Source: Clostridia bacterium (GTDB lineage: Bacteria; Bacillota; Clostridia; Oscillospirales; CAG-272). Taken from it: DNA of 62,728 nucleotides. Both the position numbers and the translations under genes were made by a program. Shown here piece by piece: positions 48,178 to 58,443 of this stretch. The number at the start of each line of letters is the position of its first letter. Position 1 is the first letter of the stretch. The stretch lies in the NCBI GenBank assembly GCA_017461745.1, contig JAFTXE010000125.1, forward strand, positions 1-62,728, read 5' to 3'. The notes beneath the pieces are model-generated. The model did no database searches. It worked only from the letters and a program-made list of their open reading frames with translations, and was not told where the DNA came from.

Positions 48178-48232
48178 GTTTGTTTTTCCTTTCGATTTTT
48201 GAATTTAAGATTTTGTTTTGTGTTTTTTTGGG

Positions 48233-48646
48233 TTACATTTTTTGTACGGGGATTTCTTCGTTTTGGGCGGTATTGGTTTGTACGCTTTGAGCCTGTTCGA
48301 GTGCTTGGTCATACTTTTCCAATACCGCCTTGCCGAGTGCTGTGCGTTCCTCGGATGTGGTGGGGTGGAACGTGTCGTGATAGGTTTTGTTACCTTCTGC
48401 GTCCTTTGTGGTGTACTGCGGCATCTTTATCCATCTGCTGCCGTCTTTTTCGTAAACAGCAATACCGTGGACTGCGTATTCGTCAATGTTAATGCTTGCG
48501 AACGCTTTAAGGGGACGGTTAGGATCATTCAAGAGACTGTCGATGCGTACGGATAACTTGTGCTTTGACACGTAAGGCTCTTTCTGTTCCTGCTCCGCTT
48601 TTTCCTTGGGAGACGCCATAGCAGCACCGCCTTTCTTTCCAGCCAT
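48233..48646 (-). CDS. SpoVG-family nucleic-acid-binding protein
   Basis: LKAFASINID..AVHGI.V......WIKMP......Y.D.FHP.T.E.R. Confidence 0.75.
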   Translation of the reverse strand: MAGKKGGAAMASPKEKAEQEQKEPYVSKHKLSVRIDSLLNDPNRPLKAFASINIDEYAVHGIAVYEKDGSRWIKMPQYTTKDAEGNKTYHDTFHPTTSEERTALGKAVLEKYDQALEQAQSVQTNTAQNEEIPVQKM

Positions 48647-48679
48647 ATCGGTTTACCTCCTTTCTTTGATTTGTTATAT

Positions 48680-48718
48680 AAAAAGCCAAGAGACAGGCAT
48701 TTGCCTCATCTCTTGGCT
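48680..48718 (-). terminator. Intrinsic terminator inside the backbone
   Basis: AGCCAAGAGA/TCTCTTGGCT stem plus T tract on the minus strand. Confidence 0.7.
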
Positions 48719-48731
48719 CTTTAACAGGATA

Positions 48732-49616
48732 TTACATTGCGATAAAAGTAAAACCGCAATCGTCTTGTACTTCATCTTGACTTATGTCTTCGGGCTGTTC
48801 AAATCTTCTTGAGTATTCCGTGACCTGCTCATCGGTAAGATCGCATAAATTACCGTGGTCATCGTCGTTTACGATAAACATCGGCCCTGCGTATATCGAG
48901 TTTCCGATTCGACGGTTTCCTTCCATGCCAATGAGCTTTGCTTCCTCATTGCTGACGACAACGGCGCTGTCATCAAAGGGATACGTTATCTCCATGAGCG
49001 ACGGCTCTCCGTTACGGCTGACAGCTCTTTGCCACATTTTATAATCGTCCACAACACGTATTTCCACGGGCTTTCGATTCGGCAGTATCATAAGAGCGCG
49101 AATACCGTCCATGTCCTCACACAGTGAGGAGTCAAAGTCTATCTTTTGCCAACCTGTTATCGAGTCGCAAAAGAAAAAGCCTTCCTCGGCAAGTCTTATG
49201 TGCTGACCGGCAAGGTTTTCGTACTGTATCGGAGTATTCTCGTCTTGGCATTCCCGCAGCATATCGTAGAAGTCATCGGAATCGGTATAATAAACCGTAT
49301 CGCCTACCTTTGCCACGTGATCCTCGCCCGCATACAGAAAATCTATCTTCCCGTACACCTCGGGAATATCGTCGATAACCTCGACCACGTCGGATACAGA
49401 CAGCGAATGTCCTTGATACGTTCCGATATAGTCCTCTCGAAATCCATTGAAAATGTTAAACACATTATCAAGGTGCATAGCCTTCACATCGCCGTGATAT
49501 ACGCATTTGTAAGCTGCGGGATCGATGCCGCCATGCTTCATAGTAAACTCATGGCTCATGAACTTTACGCCGTTCTTATCCTTTTCGCCGTCAAGCTGAT
49601 ATATCTTTATTCGCAT
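48732..49616 (-). CDS. YodL-like + DUF3846 domain protein
   Basis: IYQL...GHSLSVSDVV; NEEAKLIGMEGNR..AGPM...DLTDEQ. Confidence 0.7.
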   Translation of the reverse strand: MRIKIYQLDGEKDKNGVKFMSHEFTMKHGGIDPAAYKCVYHGDVKAMHLDNVFNIFNGFREDYIGTYQGHSLSVSDVVEVIDDIPEVYGKIDFLYAGEDHVAKVGDTVYYTDSDDFYDMLRECQDENTPIQYENLAGQHIRLAEEGFFFCDSITGWQKIDFDSSLCEDMDGIRALMILPNRKPVEIRVVDDYKMWQRAVSRNGEPSLMEITYPFDDSAVVVSNEEAKLIGMEGNRRIGNSIYAGPMFIVNDDDHGNLCDLTDEQVTEYSRRFEQPEDISQDEVQDDCGFTFIAM

Positions 49617-49763
49617 TTTCTTTCTCCTTCATTAAAATGTTTATTGTTTTTTATGTGCGGAGCGTTTGAAAAAATTTTTATAATTTTCTCAAAAAGGGTT
49701 GATATTTTTTCTTTTTTAGGCTATAATAATATTAAATATTAAATCAGACAAAGGAGTGATATA

Positions 49764-50987
49764 ATGTATAGAAACAGACACGCCGAGCCAACCGTAAAAA
49801 CTCTTTCGCAAATGTTTGGCGCAATTCTTGTTGCGGGACCGCGACAGGTCGGAAAAACGACCATGCTGAAAAACATAACGCAAAATATCGGATACACCAC
49901 ACTTGACGATATTATAGTGAGAACTGCCGCCCAAGAGCAAAGCGGTACTTTTTTCAAAGACAACCCACCCCCCGTTTTTATTGATGAAATTCAAAAAGCT
50001 CCGGAGTTATTTGAGCAGATAAAAATGTATATAGATCGAGATCACCAAAAGGGACAGTTCTATATGTGTGGCTCTCAGCAATTCAAAATGATGAAGGGAG
50101 TAAGCGAATCACTATCGGGCAGAATCGGTCTTATTACCTTACTCGGCTATTCCTTGCGAGAGATAAAAAGCATAGATTTCAATACTCCGTTTATCCCTAC
50201 TGATGAATATTTTGCTGAAAGAAAGAAACAGCTTTCAGAAGTGAGCTACAACGATATATGGAATATCATTCATCGCGGCAGTATGCCTGAGCTTTGCGAA
50301 AATCCTGATTTTGATTGGCAAATGTTTTACGGTGCTTACCTTCGCACCTATATTGAGAGAGATGTCAGAGATTTAACAGAAATAGGTGATACTGTGAAAT
50401 TCTCAAAATTCATGGTTGCTGTTGCCGCCATGACTGGTAATCTTCTCAATTATGCATCCCTTGCCCGAGATGTTGGAATAAGTCAGCCAACAGCGGAAAG
50501 ATGGCTTTCTATTCTTGTTGCGTCAAATATTGTATACCTGCTTCAGCCGTATTCAAATAACGTAACTAAAAGAGCAGTAAAAACTCCAAAGCTATATTTT
50601 CTTGATACAGGACTCGCAGCATATCTCACAAAATGGAACACTCCGGATGTATTGAAAAATGGAGCTATGGCGGGAGCATTCTTTGAGAGCTTCGTTATTT
50701 CTGAAATTATCAAAAGCTATTACAACAAAGGAATTCTTGAGCCACCTATTTATTTTTATCGTGATAAGGAGATGAATGAGATAGATCTCATTATTGAGAA
50801 TGCGGGTATATTGCATCCAATAGAGATAAAAAAGCACGCTGATCCGACGAAAAAGGATGTTGAGGCATTCGATGTGCTTGACAAGATAATGGGTGTTGTT
50901 CGAGGCTCGGGTGGTGTAATATGTCTATATGACAATCTCATCACAATGAGAGGCAATGACCGTGTTATTCCTATAAAATATATTTAG
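49764..50987 (+). CDS. AAA_14 ATPase with DUF4143 domain
   Basis: GPRQVGKTT, IDEIQ, ESLSGR, KTPKLYFLDTGL, EIDL..E.K. Confidence 0.88.
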   Translation: MYRNRHAEPTVKTLSQMFGAILVAGPRQVGKTTMLKNITQNIGYTTLDDIIVRTAAQEQSGTFFKDNPPPVFIDEIQKAPELFEQIKMYIDRDHQKGQFYMCGSQQFKMMKGVSESLSGRIGLITLLGYSLREIKSIDFNTPFIPTDEYFAERKKQLSEVSYNDIWNIIHRGSMPELCENPDFDWQMFYGAYLRTYIERDVRDLTEIGDTVKFSKFMVAVAAMTGNLLNYASLARDVGISQPTAERWLSILVASNIVYLLQPYSNNVTKRAVKTPKLYFLDTGLAAYLTKWNTPDVLKNGAMAGAFFESFVISEIIKSYYNKGILEPPIYFYRDKEMNEIDLIIENAGILHPIEIKKHADPTKKDVEAFDVLDKIMGVVRGSGGVICLYDNLITMRGNDRVIPIKYI

Positions 50988-50991
50988 TTTT

Positions 50992-51025
50992 AAAACCCCA
51001 AACGGAGAATTTATCCGTTTGGGGT
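50992..51025. terminator. Terminator between convergent genes
   Basis: AACCCCAAACGGA/TCCGTTTGGGGTT. Confidence 0.75.
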
Positions 51026-51031
51026 TGACTT

Positions 51032-51316
51032 TTATGCTTCCTCCGACTCGGTCAGCTTCTTTGCAAGATAGCGGAAGACTGCTTTCTGCTCGGAATCACC
51101 AAGGCTGTTTATAACGTCAAAGAGCGATGCTTCCTTGGATACCTTGGTCGTGTTACCGCAACCGTCGCATATCTTCTCTCTGTGGAGAACGATGGTATCC
51201 TTGTCCTTTTCCTCAATGGAGAATAGTGTGTTCTCGTCAATATTCATTCTTACGCGCATTCCGAATGGGATGGTAATGCGCCCCTTGCGGTCGGGAAACT
51301 TATATCTCGAATTCAT
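51032..51316 (-). CDS. AbrB/MazE/SpoVT-family DNA-binding protein
   Basis: DRKGRITIPFGMR..MNI; start at MNSRYK after AAAGGA. Confidence 0.75.
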   Translation of the reverse strand: MNSRYKFPDRKGRITIPFGMRVRMNIDENTLFSIEEKDKDTIVLHREKICDGCGNTTKVSKEASLFDVINSLGDSEQKAVFRYLAKKLTESEEA

Positions 51317-51335
51317 ACTGTTTTCCTTTCTTCCT

Positions 51336-51644
51336 TTATTCGTTGTAGCTTGGGTTACGCTGACAGATACCGCATTTGGAGGTATATCCGTCGTTAAAGC
51401 CTTCACGGAAGCCTTCCTTGTAGCCATCGATATGACCGTCATTGTAGCCCGCGATGTATTCGTCTCTGTTGCTCTCGGACTGCTCGTTAAGGTCAACCGA
51501 TTCGACCTCGCTTTCGTCAACTACTCTTATGAGTATCTGACCGTCATCGTACCATGCGTCAAAAATGGAATCCTCGTTGATCCCAAGCGCATCCTGCTGT
51601 TCTCTCGATAGGGGACAGCCTATGATTTTTGAATTTCTTTCCAT
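51336..51644 (-). CDS. Small protein, AbrB-like N-terminus and GY..G repeats
   Basis: DALGINEDS......DGQILIR; overlaps the methylase stop codon. Confidence 0.55.
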   Translation of the reverse strand: MERNSKIIGCPLSREQQDALGINEDSIFDAWYDDGQILIRVVDESEVESVDLNEQSESNRDEYIAGYNDGHIDGYKEGFREGFNDGYTSKCGICQRNPSYNE

Positions 51645-52495
51645 ATAATTTTTCTCTCCTTTAATATTCTTTCTGCTTCGTAGAAGTCATCAAACAGCGT
51701 CAGCTGTCTGGCAAGGACACCTTCTTCATAGGTATCATAATTGGATATAAGCAATTCGGGATATTGTTTTCCCGCATCGTAACGTTGGGCTATGTTTGAA
51801 AGCCTTGTGGTGCTTTCTATCATGATTCCGGGTCTTGAATAAAGCTCCCGTATTTCGGGGCAGTCATTATATGACAGTAAAAATTTTCCCTTGATTCCCA
51901 TAAGCGCGTTCCTCAATCTTATATGATCTTCTTTTGTAAAGCCTACGTCCTCGTAATAATCCTCGGTTTCATAATAGGGAGGATCGAAATAGAACATAGT
52001 ATTCGGACGGTCATATTGGTCTATAATCTTTTCAAAATCCTTGTTTTCGACTATAACGCCCTGAAGCCTTGCGGAGGCTTCGTGGATAATTGGAAAGTTG
52101 CGCCACATATTATGGGGTTGCGCTCCGAAGGAGTCAAGACCTGAAGCGTAGCTCTGCCGTATGACCTGATAGAAGTTTGCCGCCCGTCTTATGTCGGGAA
52201 GCTCTGCTTTGGTTCTCATGATGTGCCGTATATACTCAAAGTCCTCACGGGAATTGAGCGTATAGGTAAGCTCTCGGCACAGCTCGTCGGGACGGTCGCG
52301 CACACAGCGATAAAGATTTGCGAGATTTGAATTGAAATCGTTATATACCTCGAATTTGCCAACGGGCTTGTGGAAGAGTACCCATCCACCGCCGCCGAAC
52401 ACCTCAACGTACCTATCGCATTTTCTGTTGAGTCTTACGGTGATAGCCTCTCGCAAGGCTTTCTTACCGCCTACCCAACTCATAAAGCTGTTCAT
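51620..52495 (-). CDS. DNA adenine methyltransferase (D12/Dam family), no cognate nuclease seen
   Basis: WVGGK, EVFGGGG, YND, FYFDPPY, LLSYND. Confidence 0.9.
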   Translation of the reverse strand: MNSFMSWVGGKKALREAITVRLNRKCDRYVEVFGGGGWVLFHKPVGKFEVYNDFNSNLANLYRCVRDRPDELCRELTYTLNSREDFEYIRHIMRTKAELPDIRRAANFYQVIRQSYASGLDSFGAQPHNMWRNFPIIHEASARLQGVIVENKDFEKIIDQYDRPNTMFYFDPPYYETEDYYEDVGFTKEDHIRLRNALMGIKGKFLLSYNDCPEIRELYSRPGIMIESTTRLSNIAQRYDAGKQYPELLISNYDTYEEGVLARQLTLFDDFYEAERILKERKIIWKEIQKS

Positions 52496-52526
52496 CTTTT
52501 CCTTTCCCGAAGCGTCTGCGCAAAAG

Positions 52527-52567
52527 AAAAAGGTCGTTCTGCTTTTATCTCTTACGCAAAACGACCT
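52527..52567 (-). terminator. Intrinsic terminator inside the backbone
   Basis: AGGTCGTT/AACGACCT stem plus T tract on the minus strand. Confidence 0.6.
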
Positions 52568-52588
52568 CGTAATTTTTATTTGATTTTT

Positions 52589-52924
52589 TTAGCACATGCT
52601 CATACCCTCATCTTCACTTGGGTATATAGTGGCGCTTTCAGTGGCATCACGACCAAGCTCCGCTAACAGCTCATTAAAGTCATCTACAGACTCACAATCA
52701 CGGATACCGAAATCGGCGCATAGCTGCTCGTATTCCGATACATCCTCGCCGTCCTCTACCAATGATCTGTTAAGTTCAAGCCAAGCCTTACCGTCTGCCC
52801 AACAAACAGAGGTCGGGAAGCCCTCGGTCTGATCGCATTGAAAGTCGGGAGAGCGATGGACATTAAAGAATCCCGCCTCACGCTCTATGTCGCTTGTTTC
52901 CTTTTTAAAGACTTCATAATTCAT
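52589..52924 (-). CDS. Acidic hypothetical ICE protein
   Basis: ATGA overlap with the upstream gene. Confidence 0.65.
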   Translation of the reverse strand: MNYEVFKKETSDIEREAGFFNVHRSPDFQCDQTEGFPTSVCWADGKAWLELNRSLVEDGEDVSEYEQLCADFGIRDCESVDDFNELLAELGRDATESATIYPSEDEGMSMC

Positions 52925-54309
52925 AGGCTCATCTCCATACCGTCAGATAAATCCGACATATCCGATTCTGCAAACTCCTTTACCGTCATAGACTCTCCGA
53001 GAAAGTTAGGGCTTGTATCCTCAGTGAAGTGTATCTCTCCGTCATCTCCCAGGTCAATAGGCTCTTTGGTTATGACGGTACCTGCATGTTCTGCGTAAAC
53101 AAATGGCTTTAACGCGCAGATATAACCGTCCTCGTCGTATTGAAGATCGTATTTATAATGACCTTCGGGTACTTCTTCGGTTTTTATTCGCTGTATCAGA
53201 AACAATCCCTTTTTATCGCATACCTCAATGACATCGTATTCAAACGTATCGTGCATGAGATCAGCGGGAGTGAATTCTATGTTGAAAATTGAGCCGCCCT
53301 CGGTAGATATAAGTCCGTATTCCGTAGCTCTTGCGCAGGTTCTGTCCATAAGGGCATTACCAAGAGCACACAGATTGGCTGTTTCAAGCAGTTTTCTGTC
53401 AAAATTCTCAGGTAAGTATTTCAAAAGATATTCCTTTGCAAATGCCTCTGGCGTGGGAGCATGATAGCAAAATTCATACTTATCCATGTTGTACATAAGC
53501 AACATACATGCTCTCACATTATCGGGATGCTCTGCTTCAAGCGCCGCCTTAAAAGCTATTTGCTCTCCCGCATTCATCTCCGTCCATTTGGCTTCAATTC
53601 TTTCCAAAAATACCGCATGCTTTGGATTCGTTATCTTTATTGAATCCAAATACGGAATAGGGGATATGACCGTATTGTCCTTGGATATTTCAAAGGTGGC
53701 ATGGTCCGGCATCAGCTCGTCGGGAAGTGTTACGCCATCATAAATGAGTTTACTTGGGAAATCTCCTAAAGCAAAATATGAGTCTCTATAGAAAAATCCG
53801 TTGTCATTCACTCGCTGTATAGCTCCTATGATTTTTTTATCAAGCAATTCAAGAGCTTCATCGGGGAGCTTTAGCACTGTGTCATTCATACCCGTCTCAA
53901 TTACAAGCGCTCCGAGCTGTTCGTCATTGCCTATGTTTTGAGCTATACTTATGCTATCCAGCTCATAAGTCATATTTATGAGATTCTTTACCGAAACATA
54001 TTCGGGTTCGTCAGCCATTTTTCTTGCAACTACCGCGCGGAACACACGAAGTTCTTCGCTATTCAATACAGACAGGCGCTTGGCTAAAGCATTGTATTCT
54101 GTAAGCGTTCCTTCCGTATTTATATCTGCGAGCATTGGGACAGTAGTGCAAGATATGATATCTGCCGACGGTTCTTCGCCAAACACGCATCGGAGCTTGT
54201 GCTTTGCGTCGGTTATTTCCGCATCCGTTGCGGGGAGTAACAGGTCTGCATAATAGCCTTCGCCTTTGACCGAGTGATACAATTCCAAAGATAAGGTTTT
54301 GGGTGACAT
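52921..54309 (-). CDS. ArdA-like repeat protein with C-terminal LPD28-like domain
   Basis: L.LPAT..EI, EYNALAKRL; C-terminal YKYDL...HAGTVITKEPI. Confidence 0.55.
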   Translation of the reverse strand: MSPKTLSLELYHSVKGEGYYADLLLPATDAEITDAKHKLRCVFGEEPSADIISCTTVPMLADINTEGTLTEYNALAKRLSVLNSEELRVFRAVVARKMADEPEYVSVKNLINMTYELDSISIAQNIGNDEQLGALVIETGMNDTVLKLPDEALELLDKKIIGAIQRVNDNGFFYRDSYFALGDFPSKLIYDGVTLPDELMPDHATFEISKDNTVISPIPYLDSIKITNPKHAVFLERIEAKWTEMNAGEQIAFKAALEAEHPDNVRACMLLMYNMDKYEFCYHAPTPEAFAKEYLLKYLPENFDRKLLETANLCALGNALMDRTCARATEYGLISTEGGSIFNIEFTPADLMHDTFEYDVIEVCDKKGLFLIQRIKTEEVPEGHYKYDLQYDEDGYICALKPFVYAEHAGTVITKEPIDLGDDGEIHFTEDTSPNFLGESMTVKEFAESDMSDLSDGMEMSL

Positions 54310-54319
54310 TTTCTCTCCT

Positions 54320-55336
54320 TTACATATCCATAGTTAAGCCTTGCGGTTCTTCTATGTTATTTTCACTTTCGCTTTGCACAGGTGGTTCATATTCATAAAG
54401 GATACGTCTGCCGTACGTTACTTCACGGATGTCCTCTACGGTGTAGTCAGCGCCATTACCGAACAGCTTCTCAAACTCACGTCTGTCGGGAGCCGCCATA
54501 TAATAAGCGCTATAATAGGTGCGAAGACCTTTCAAATGCTCGGCTGATGTTTTAAATCTGAATTCTTCGCCGCATTTATTGATGGTTACCGTAACGGTTT
54601 TTGCTTTCGATACGTTTATTGCATCGGTAAGCTGCTTCATTTTATGATAGGGATGCTCTGTGTTCTCCATAAGCTCCTTGAAGGTTTGGCGAAGAACCTC
54701 ATTTTTCTTCAGCTCGTAAATTATCCTCTGTTTTCGGTCGCCGATGTAACAGACTACCTCTTTTTGAAGGTAGGCAGCTCTGTCACGAACATATTCAAGC
54801 AATGATTCCTCATTCCATTGTTCAGACTCATATTCGCACTCGTATATGATATCCTCATCGGTCTGACCTTTAAAATAGGCCATAGCCGAAAGCTCCATAG
54901 CGTTTCGCTCTCTGATACGGCTGAGTTGGTTTCTGTAATAAAGATCTGTCAGTTCCTCACTCATAAGCTTATCTGATATAGGGCGTATCACGTTTTCTAC
55001 CGACTCCTGAAACTGCGAAACATATTGGTCGTGCAATACACCTGTGCTTCTTGCGTTATCGTACTCCCAATCCTCAACAAGATCGGATATCCGTCTGTCC
55101 TCACAGTACATAAGTCCTTCGGGAATGTAGTACATACCGCAGAAATCAAAGACATCACCGCGTATAACGCTGTTTCCGTGGTATGCGCTCTGCGCGAACA
55201 CATAAACAAAATCTTTGTCTTTTGGAAACCTCACAAAGGCGTGGTTATATCCGTTCCTTTGGCACGAAAGCGGAGCCGTACCGCCGTTCTTCAGCCATTC
55301 GTGGAAATCCTTATTGCTTATCTTTTTGCTATCCAT
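54320..55336 (-). CDS. Hypothetical ICE protein
   Basis: 338-aa ORF in the operon. Confidence 0.65.
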   Translation of the reverse strand: MDSKKISNKDFHEWLKNGGTAPLSCQRNGYNHAFVRFPKDKDFVYVFAQSAYHGNSVIRGDVFDFCGMYYIPEGLMYCEDRRISDLVEDWEYDNARSTGVLHDQYVSQFQESVENVIRPISDKLMSEELTDLYYRNQLSRIRERNAMELSAMAYFKGQTDEDIIYECEYESEQWNEESLLEYVRDRAAYLQKEVVCYIGDRKQRIIYELKKNEVLRQTFKELMENTEHPYHKMKQLTDAINVSKAKTVTVTINKCGEEFRFKTSAEHLKGLRTYYSAYYMAAPDRREFEKLFGNGADYTVEDIREVTYGRRILYEYEPPVQSESENNIEEPQGLTMDM

Positions 55337-55347
55337 TTTTCTTTACC

Positions 55348-56463
55348 TCACGCTACTATTCTGAATTGTCGGTTAAGCTCGGCAATACGTTTTCCTATCG
55401 CCGTTACTACGGTAGTCGTTACCGAGTTGCCCGCCATTTTGTATTGCTGTGATTCGGGGATGCCCGCAAACTCTATGGTATAGAACTGCTCGTCGCTATA
55501 TCCTTGCAGACGGAAGCACTCTTGGGGCATAAGACGGCGTACATAGCCGTTGTACATAACTCCGTGCTTATCCTGCGCCGTAAGCGTAAACATAGGCTCA
55601 TCGGGTTCTTTCATCCGTCTGCCTTGCTGTCTTACGCTTAATCTGTCGGGATTTATAACAGCTCTTGCTCCCGTGATAATAACACCCGAATGCTCACCTC
55701 TGTGATGGCTGATACCCGAATCCTGTCTTGCGGTTATACAGCGGGCTTCATGAGTAACCAAAGGGTTCTCGTTCATGTCAATGAAATAGAGACCTGTCTT
55801 TGCGCCCCATCCGCCGCCCTGACTTGTCAGACAGGTGCTTGCGCCTTTTACGGAGTAGACTCTTTGTCCTTGTCCGCCCGGGATAAGTTGGATGAGAGGC
55901 GTTCCATCGCTCGTCTTGAGAGGAAATATTTCGCCGGACAGTCGCTTATCAAGATATCCGATAATGTATACCCGCTTTCGCTGTTGGGGGACACCGAAAT
56001 TTGCGCTGTTACACATACACCATTCAAGACTATACCCCAGCTCATGTATTTCCTTGAGGATCGTTTCAAAAGTTTCCCCTTGCTCGTGATTGAGTAAGCC
56101 CCCGACGTTTTCAAGGAGAAGATACTGAGGGTATCGGGCTTCAGCCACTCGCGCGATTTCATGAAAGAGCGTACCGCGCGTGTCAGCGAATCCGAGTCGG
56201 AGTCCACTAACAGAAAATGGCTGACAAGGAAAGCCGGCGCAGAGGAGGTCGAAGTCGGGTAGCTCCTTCGTGTCGATCTTCGTTGCATCATTACAAAAAT
56301 ATTCACCTTCCGTTTCGTATAAGGCTCTGTAGGCTCGTTGGGCGTATTTGTCTATCTCGCACCAGCCCACAGGCATAAAAATATCGCCGGCATTGGCAAG
56401 TCCTGTCCTGAACCCGCCCGCACCGGCGAACATATCAAAGTATTTGATTTTTCTTATTGGCAT
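55348..56463 (-). CDS. DNA (cytosine-5) methyltransferase, no cognate nuclease seen
   Basis: FAGAGG, GFPCQ, DTRG.LF, ENV, PQQRKR, RRL.P.EC.RLQG, AGNSV. Confidence 0.92.
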   Translation of the reverse strand: MPIRKIKYFDMFAGAGGFRTGLANAGDIFMPVGWCEIDKYAQRAYRALYETEGEYFCNDATKIDTKELPDFDLLCAGFPCQPFSVSGLRLGFADTRGTLFHEIARVAEARYPQYLLLENVGGLLNHEQGETFETILKEIHELGYSLEWCMCNSANFGVPQQRKRVYIIGYLDKRLSGEIFPLKTSDGTPLIQLIPGGQGQRVYSVKGASTCLTSQGGGWGAKTGLYFIDMNENPLVTHEARCITARQDSGISHHRGEHSGVIITGARAVINPDRLSVRQQGRRMKEPDEPMFTLTAQDKHGVMYNGYVRRLMPQECFRLQGYSDEQFYTIEFAGIPESQQYKMAGNSVTTTVVTAIGKRIAELNRQFRIVA

Positions 56464-56491
56464 TTGTTCTCCTATCCGTATTTATTTTTCA

Positions 56492-57664
56492 TCATAGCTC
56501 CATCTCTCCCATTGTTTGCGTTGATTGTACCGAAGTCAGCATTTCTTTTATTTTATCGGGGCAATCGTCCATATCCGTATGGATATCTCCGTCGTACCGT
56601 ACCGTGTACCAATACTTATACGGGAACGCTTCCTTCATATACTGCTGTGCCTTGTGGTTGTTATTTTCACTGCTGTCGTATATGCCGTAGGGAGTGAAAA
56701 ATTGAGCATCCCACAGCTCTCCCGATGATGATACGTCAATGGTGAGCAACGCAAGATATATTTTGTCATTCGCACCGAGAACGACGGCGGGGACGGTGAC
56801 AAAGTCCATGTCCTCATATACGCTGTCGCTTTCATATGCGGATACGAACTCATTATGGAGAGACCTCAGAACCTCGGTCATATACTGCATATCCTGCGTT
56901 TCATAGGCTTTTCCAAGAGCTGACAAGCTCAATGACGGGACGACGTTGCGGTTTATTCCGTTGATAAACTCCGCTTGCATAACGTCATATTTTTCGTCGT
57001 ACAGTTCCTCGGCGGTCAAAATCTTGAAGTCATCCTTATCGGGATCAACGGGCAGTATCCGTCCGTCATCCCACTTGACGACCACGTACCCTATGCTATC
57101 CACCCTCAATACGCTTCCGCGTATCCCTTGGGGTAGGGCATAAGCCGTGGACTTTACGTCTTGCGCTTCGACTCGCATATTATAAAAATATTGCTGTTTC
57201 CGCTTTTCCGCATTTTCTTTCCAAGGTGTTTCGCTGCCCATGAGGACGTCTCCAACCGACAATATTTCGTAGCTTGTAAACCGAAGATCTCCGCGGTAGC
57301 CTATTTTGCTGTTTGAGAATTCCTCGGCTTGGGCTTTCATCTCGGCGCTTGACTTGGGCGATACCACCTGCATCCACCTTACCCATCTGTCCTGACGGGA
57401 GCGGGGGACAAGGCGGAGTACCACGTAATCGTCTGCTTCAAAGCGAGGATACTTTTTTGCCGTCTGATCCTTGTCGATATAATACTTTCCTTCTTGCAGA
57501 ACGGTATATTCCATATAGGTCTTCAGATTTTTCAGCGTGTCGCAGAACCAACACTCCGTATCCCCGAAGCGTTTTATTGCTTTCGCCTTTATAATAGCGT
57601 CGAGATTCTTCTTCGGTGTTAAATGATACACCGCCGACGGTGCTTTTGCATTTACGTATCCCAT
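56492..57664 (-). CDS. Multidomain ICE protein with central DUF4314-like segment
   Basis: GIRGSVLRVDSIG.V.VKWDDG; N-terminal VYHLT motif. Confidence 0.6.
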   Translation of the reverse strand: MGYVNAKAPSAVYHLTPKKNLDAIIKAKAIKRFGDTECWFCDTLKNLKTYMEYTVLQEGKYYIDKDQTAKKYPRFEADDYVVLRLVPRSRQDRWVRWMQVVSPKSSAEMKAQAEEFSNSKIGYRGDLRFTSYEILSVGDVLMGSETPWKENAEKRKQQYFYNMRVEAQDVKSTAYALPQGIRGSVLRVDSIGYVVVKWDDGRILPVDPDKDDFKILTAEELYDEKYDVMQAEFINGINRNVVPSLSLSALGKAYETQDMQYMTEVLRSLHNEFVSAYESDSVYEDMDFVTVPAVVLGANDKIYLALLTIDVSSSGELWDAQFFTPYGIYDSSENNNHKAQQYMKEAFPYKYWYTVRYDGDIHTDMDDCPDKIKEMLTSVQSTQTMGEMEL

Positions 57665-58083
57665 TACATACCTCCCATTGATTGACCGCCGATGTCCATA
57701 TACATATCTTCATCAGCGAACATTTCTATATAGCCTTCGACTGCCGACTGTATTTTTTCATAGTCACTGTCTGTGGGCTTATATCTGTACCAATCGATCT
57801 TATTGATACTGCATTGCCAGATGTGCGGGGCAACCTCGTTCTTGATGCCCAGGAGTTCTACAAAATTGAACCTCTGCTCATCTATAACACCGTCGCGGCG
57901 GTTTATAATTTTAACCATCAGCGCGTCGTAATTGTCGGCAACGCTTGTTGTCGTGAAATAGATTTTTGCCCGTATATCCTTTCCTATCTTGCTTATCAGC
58001 ATTTTGCCCGATGACACGGTATCGGCAGAGAGGACTTCCGAATCTCCGAATATTGTCATAAGCTCTTTTTCAAAGAATGTCAT
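57664..58083 (-). CDS. Hypothetical ICE protein
   Basis: GAGG RBS; operonic. Confidence 0.65.
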   Translation of the reverse strand: MTFFEKELMTIFGDSEVLSADTVSSGKMLISKIGKDIRAKIYFTTTSVADNYDALMVKIINRRDGVIDEQRFNFVELLGIKNEVAPHIWQCSINKIDWYRYKPTDSDYEKIQSAVEGYIEMFADEDMYMDIGGQSMGGM

Positions 58084-58092
58084 ATTGTTACC

Positions 58093-58443
58093 TCACATTT
58101 GAATAAAATCCTGCCCGAAAAGTTCTTCGGGACAGTGTGTAAACTTAAAGTCACTTGAGGATATTTTCTTACAGCGTTCAAGGAACGTGGGATCATCGCT
58201 ATGTCGGATCGTAAAGTATGCTATCTCCGTAGGTGTGGCGACATTCAAAAAGCCTTCGCCGTAAAGATAGGAGTCTGTATGAACGCATACCTCGGTTTCC
58301 TCGCAGATATCCTCGATAAATTGATTGTACATTACGTAGTTTTCAAGGTCAGTGGATTCCTTGGGGATTCCGCAAGCAAAAAAGCGGACGGTACAGTCGT
58401 TGACCTTTACGGTCACGTGCGAAAAAAGAAGGGACATACTCAC
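58093..58443 (-). CDS. Hypothetical ICE protein
   Basis: Operonic ORF. Confidence 0.55.
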   Translation of the reverse strand: MSMSLLFSHVTVKVNDCTVRFFACGIPKESTDLENYVMYNQFIEDICEETEVCVHTDSYLYGEGFLNVATPTEIAYFTIRHSDDPTFLERCKKISSSDFKFTHCPEELFGQDFIQM

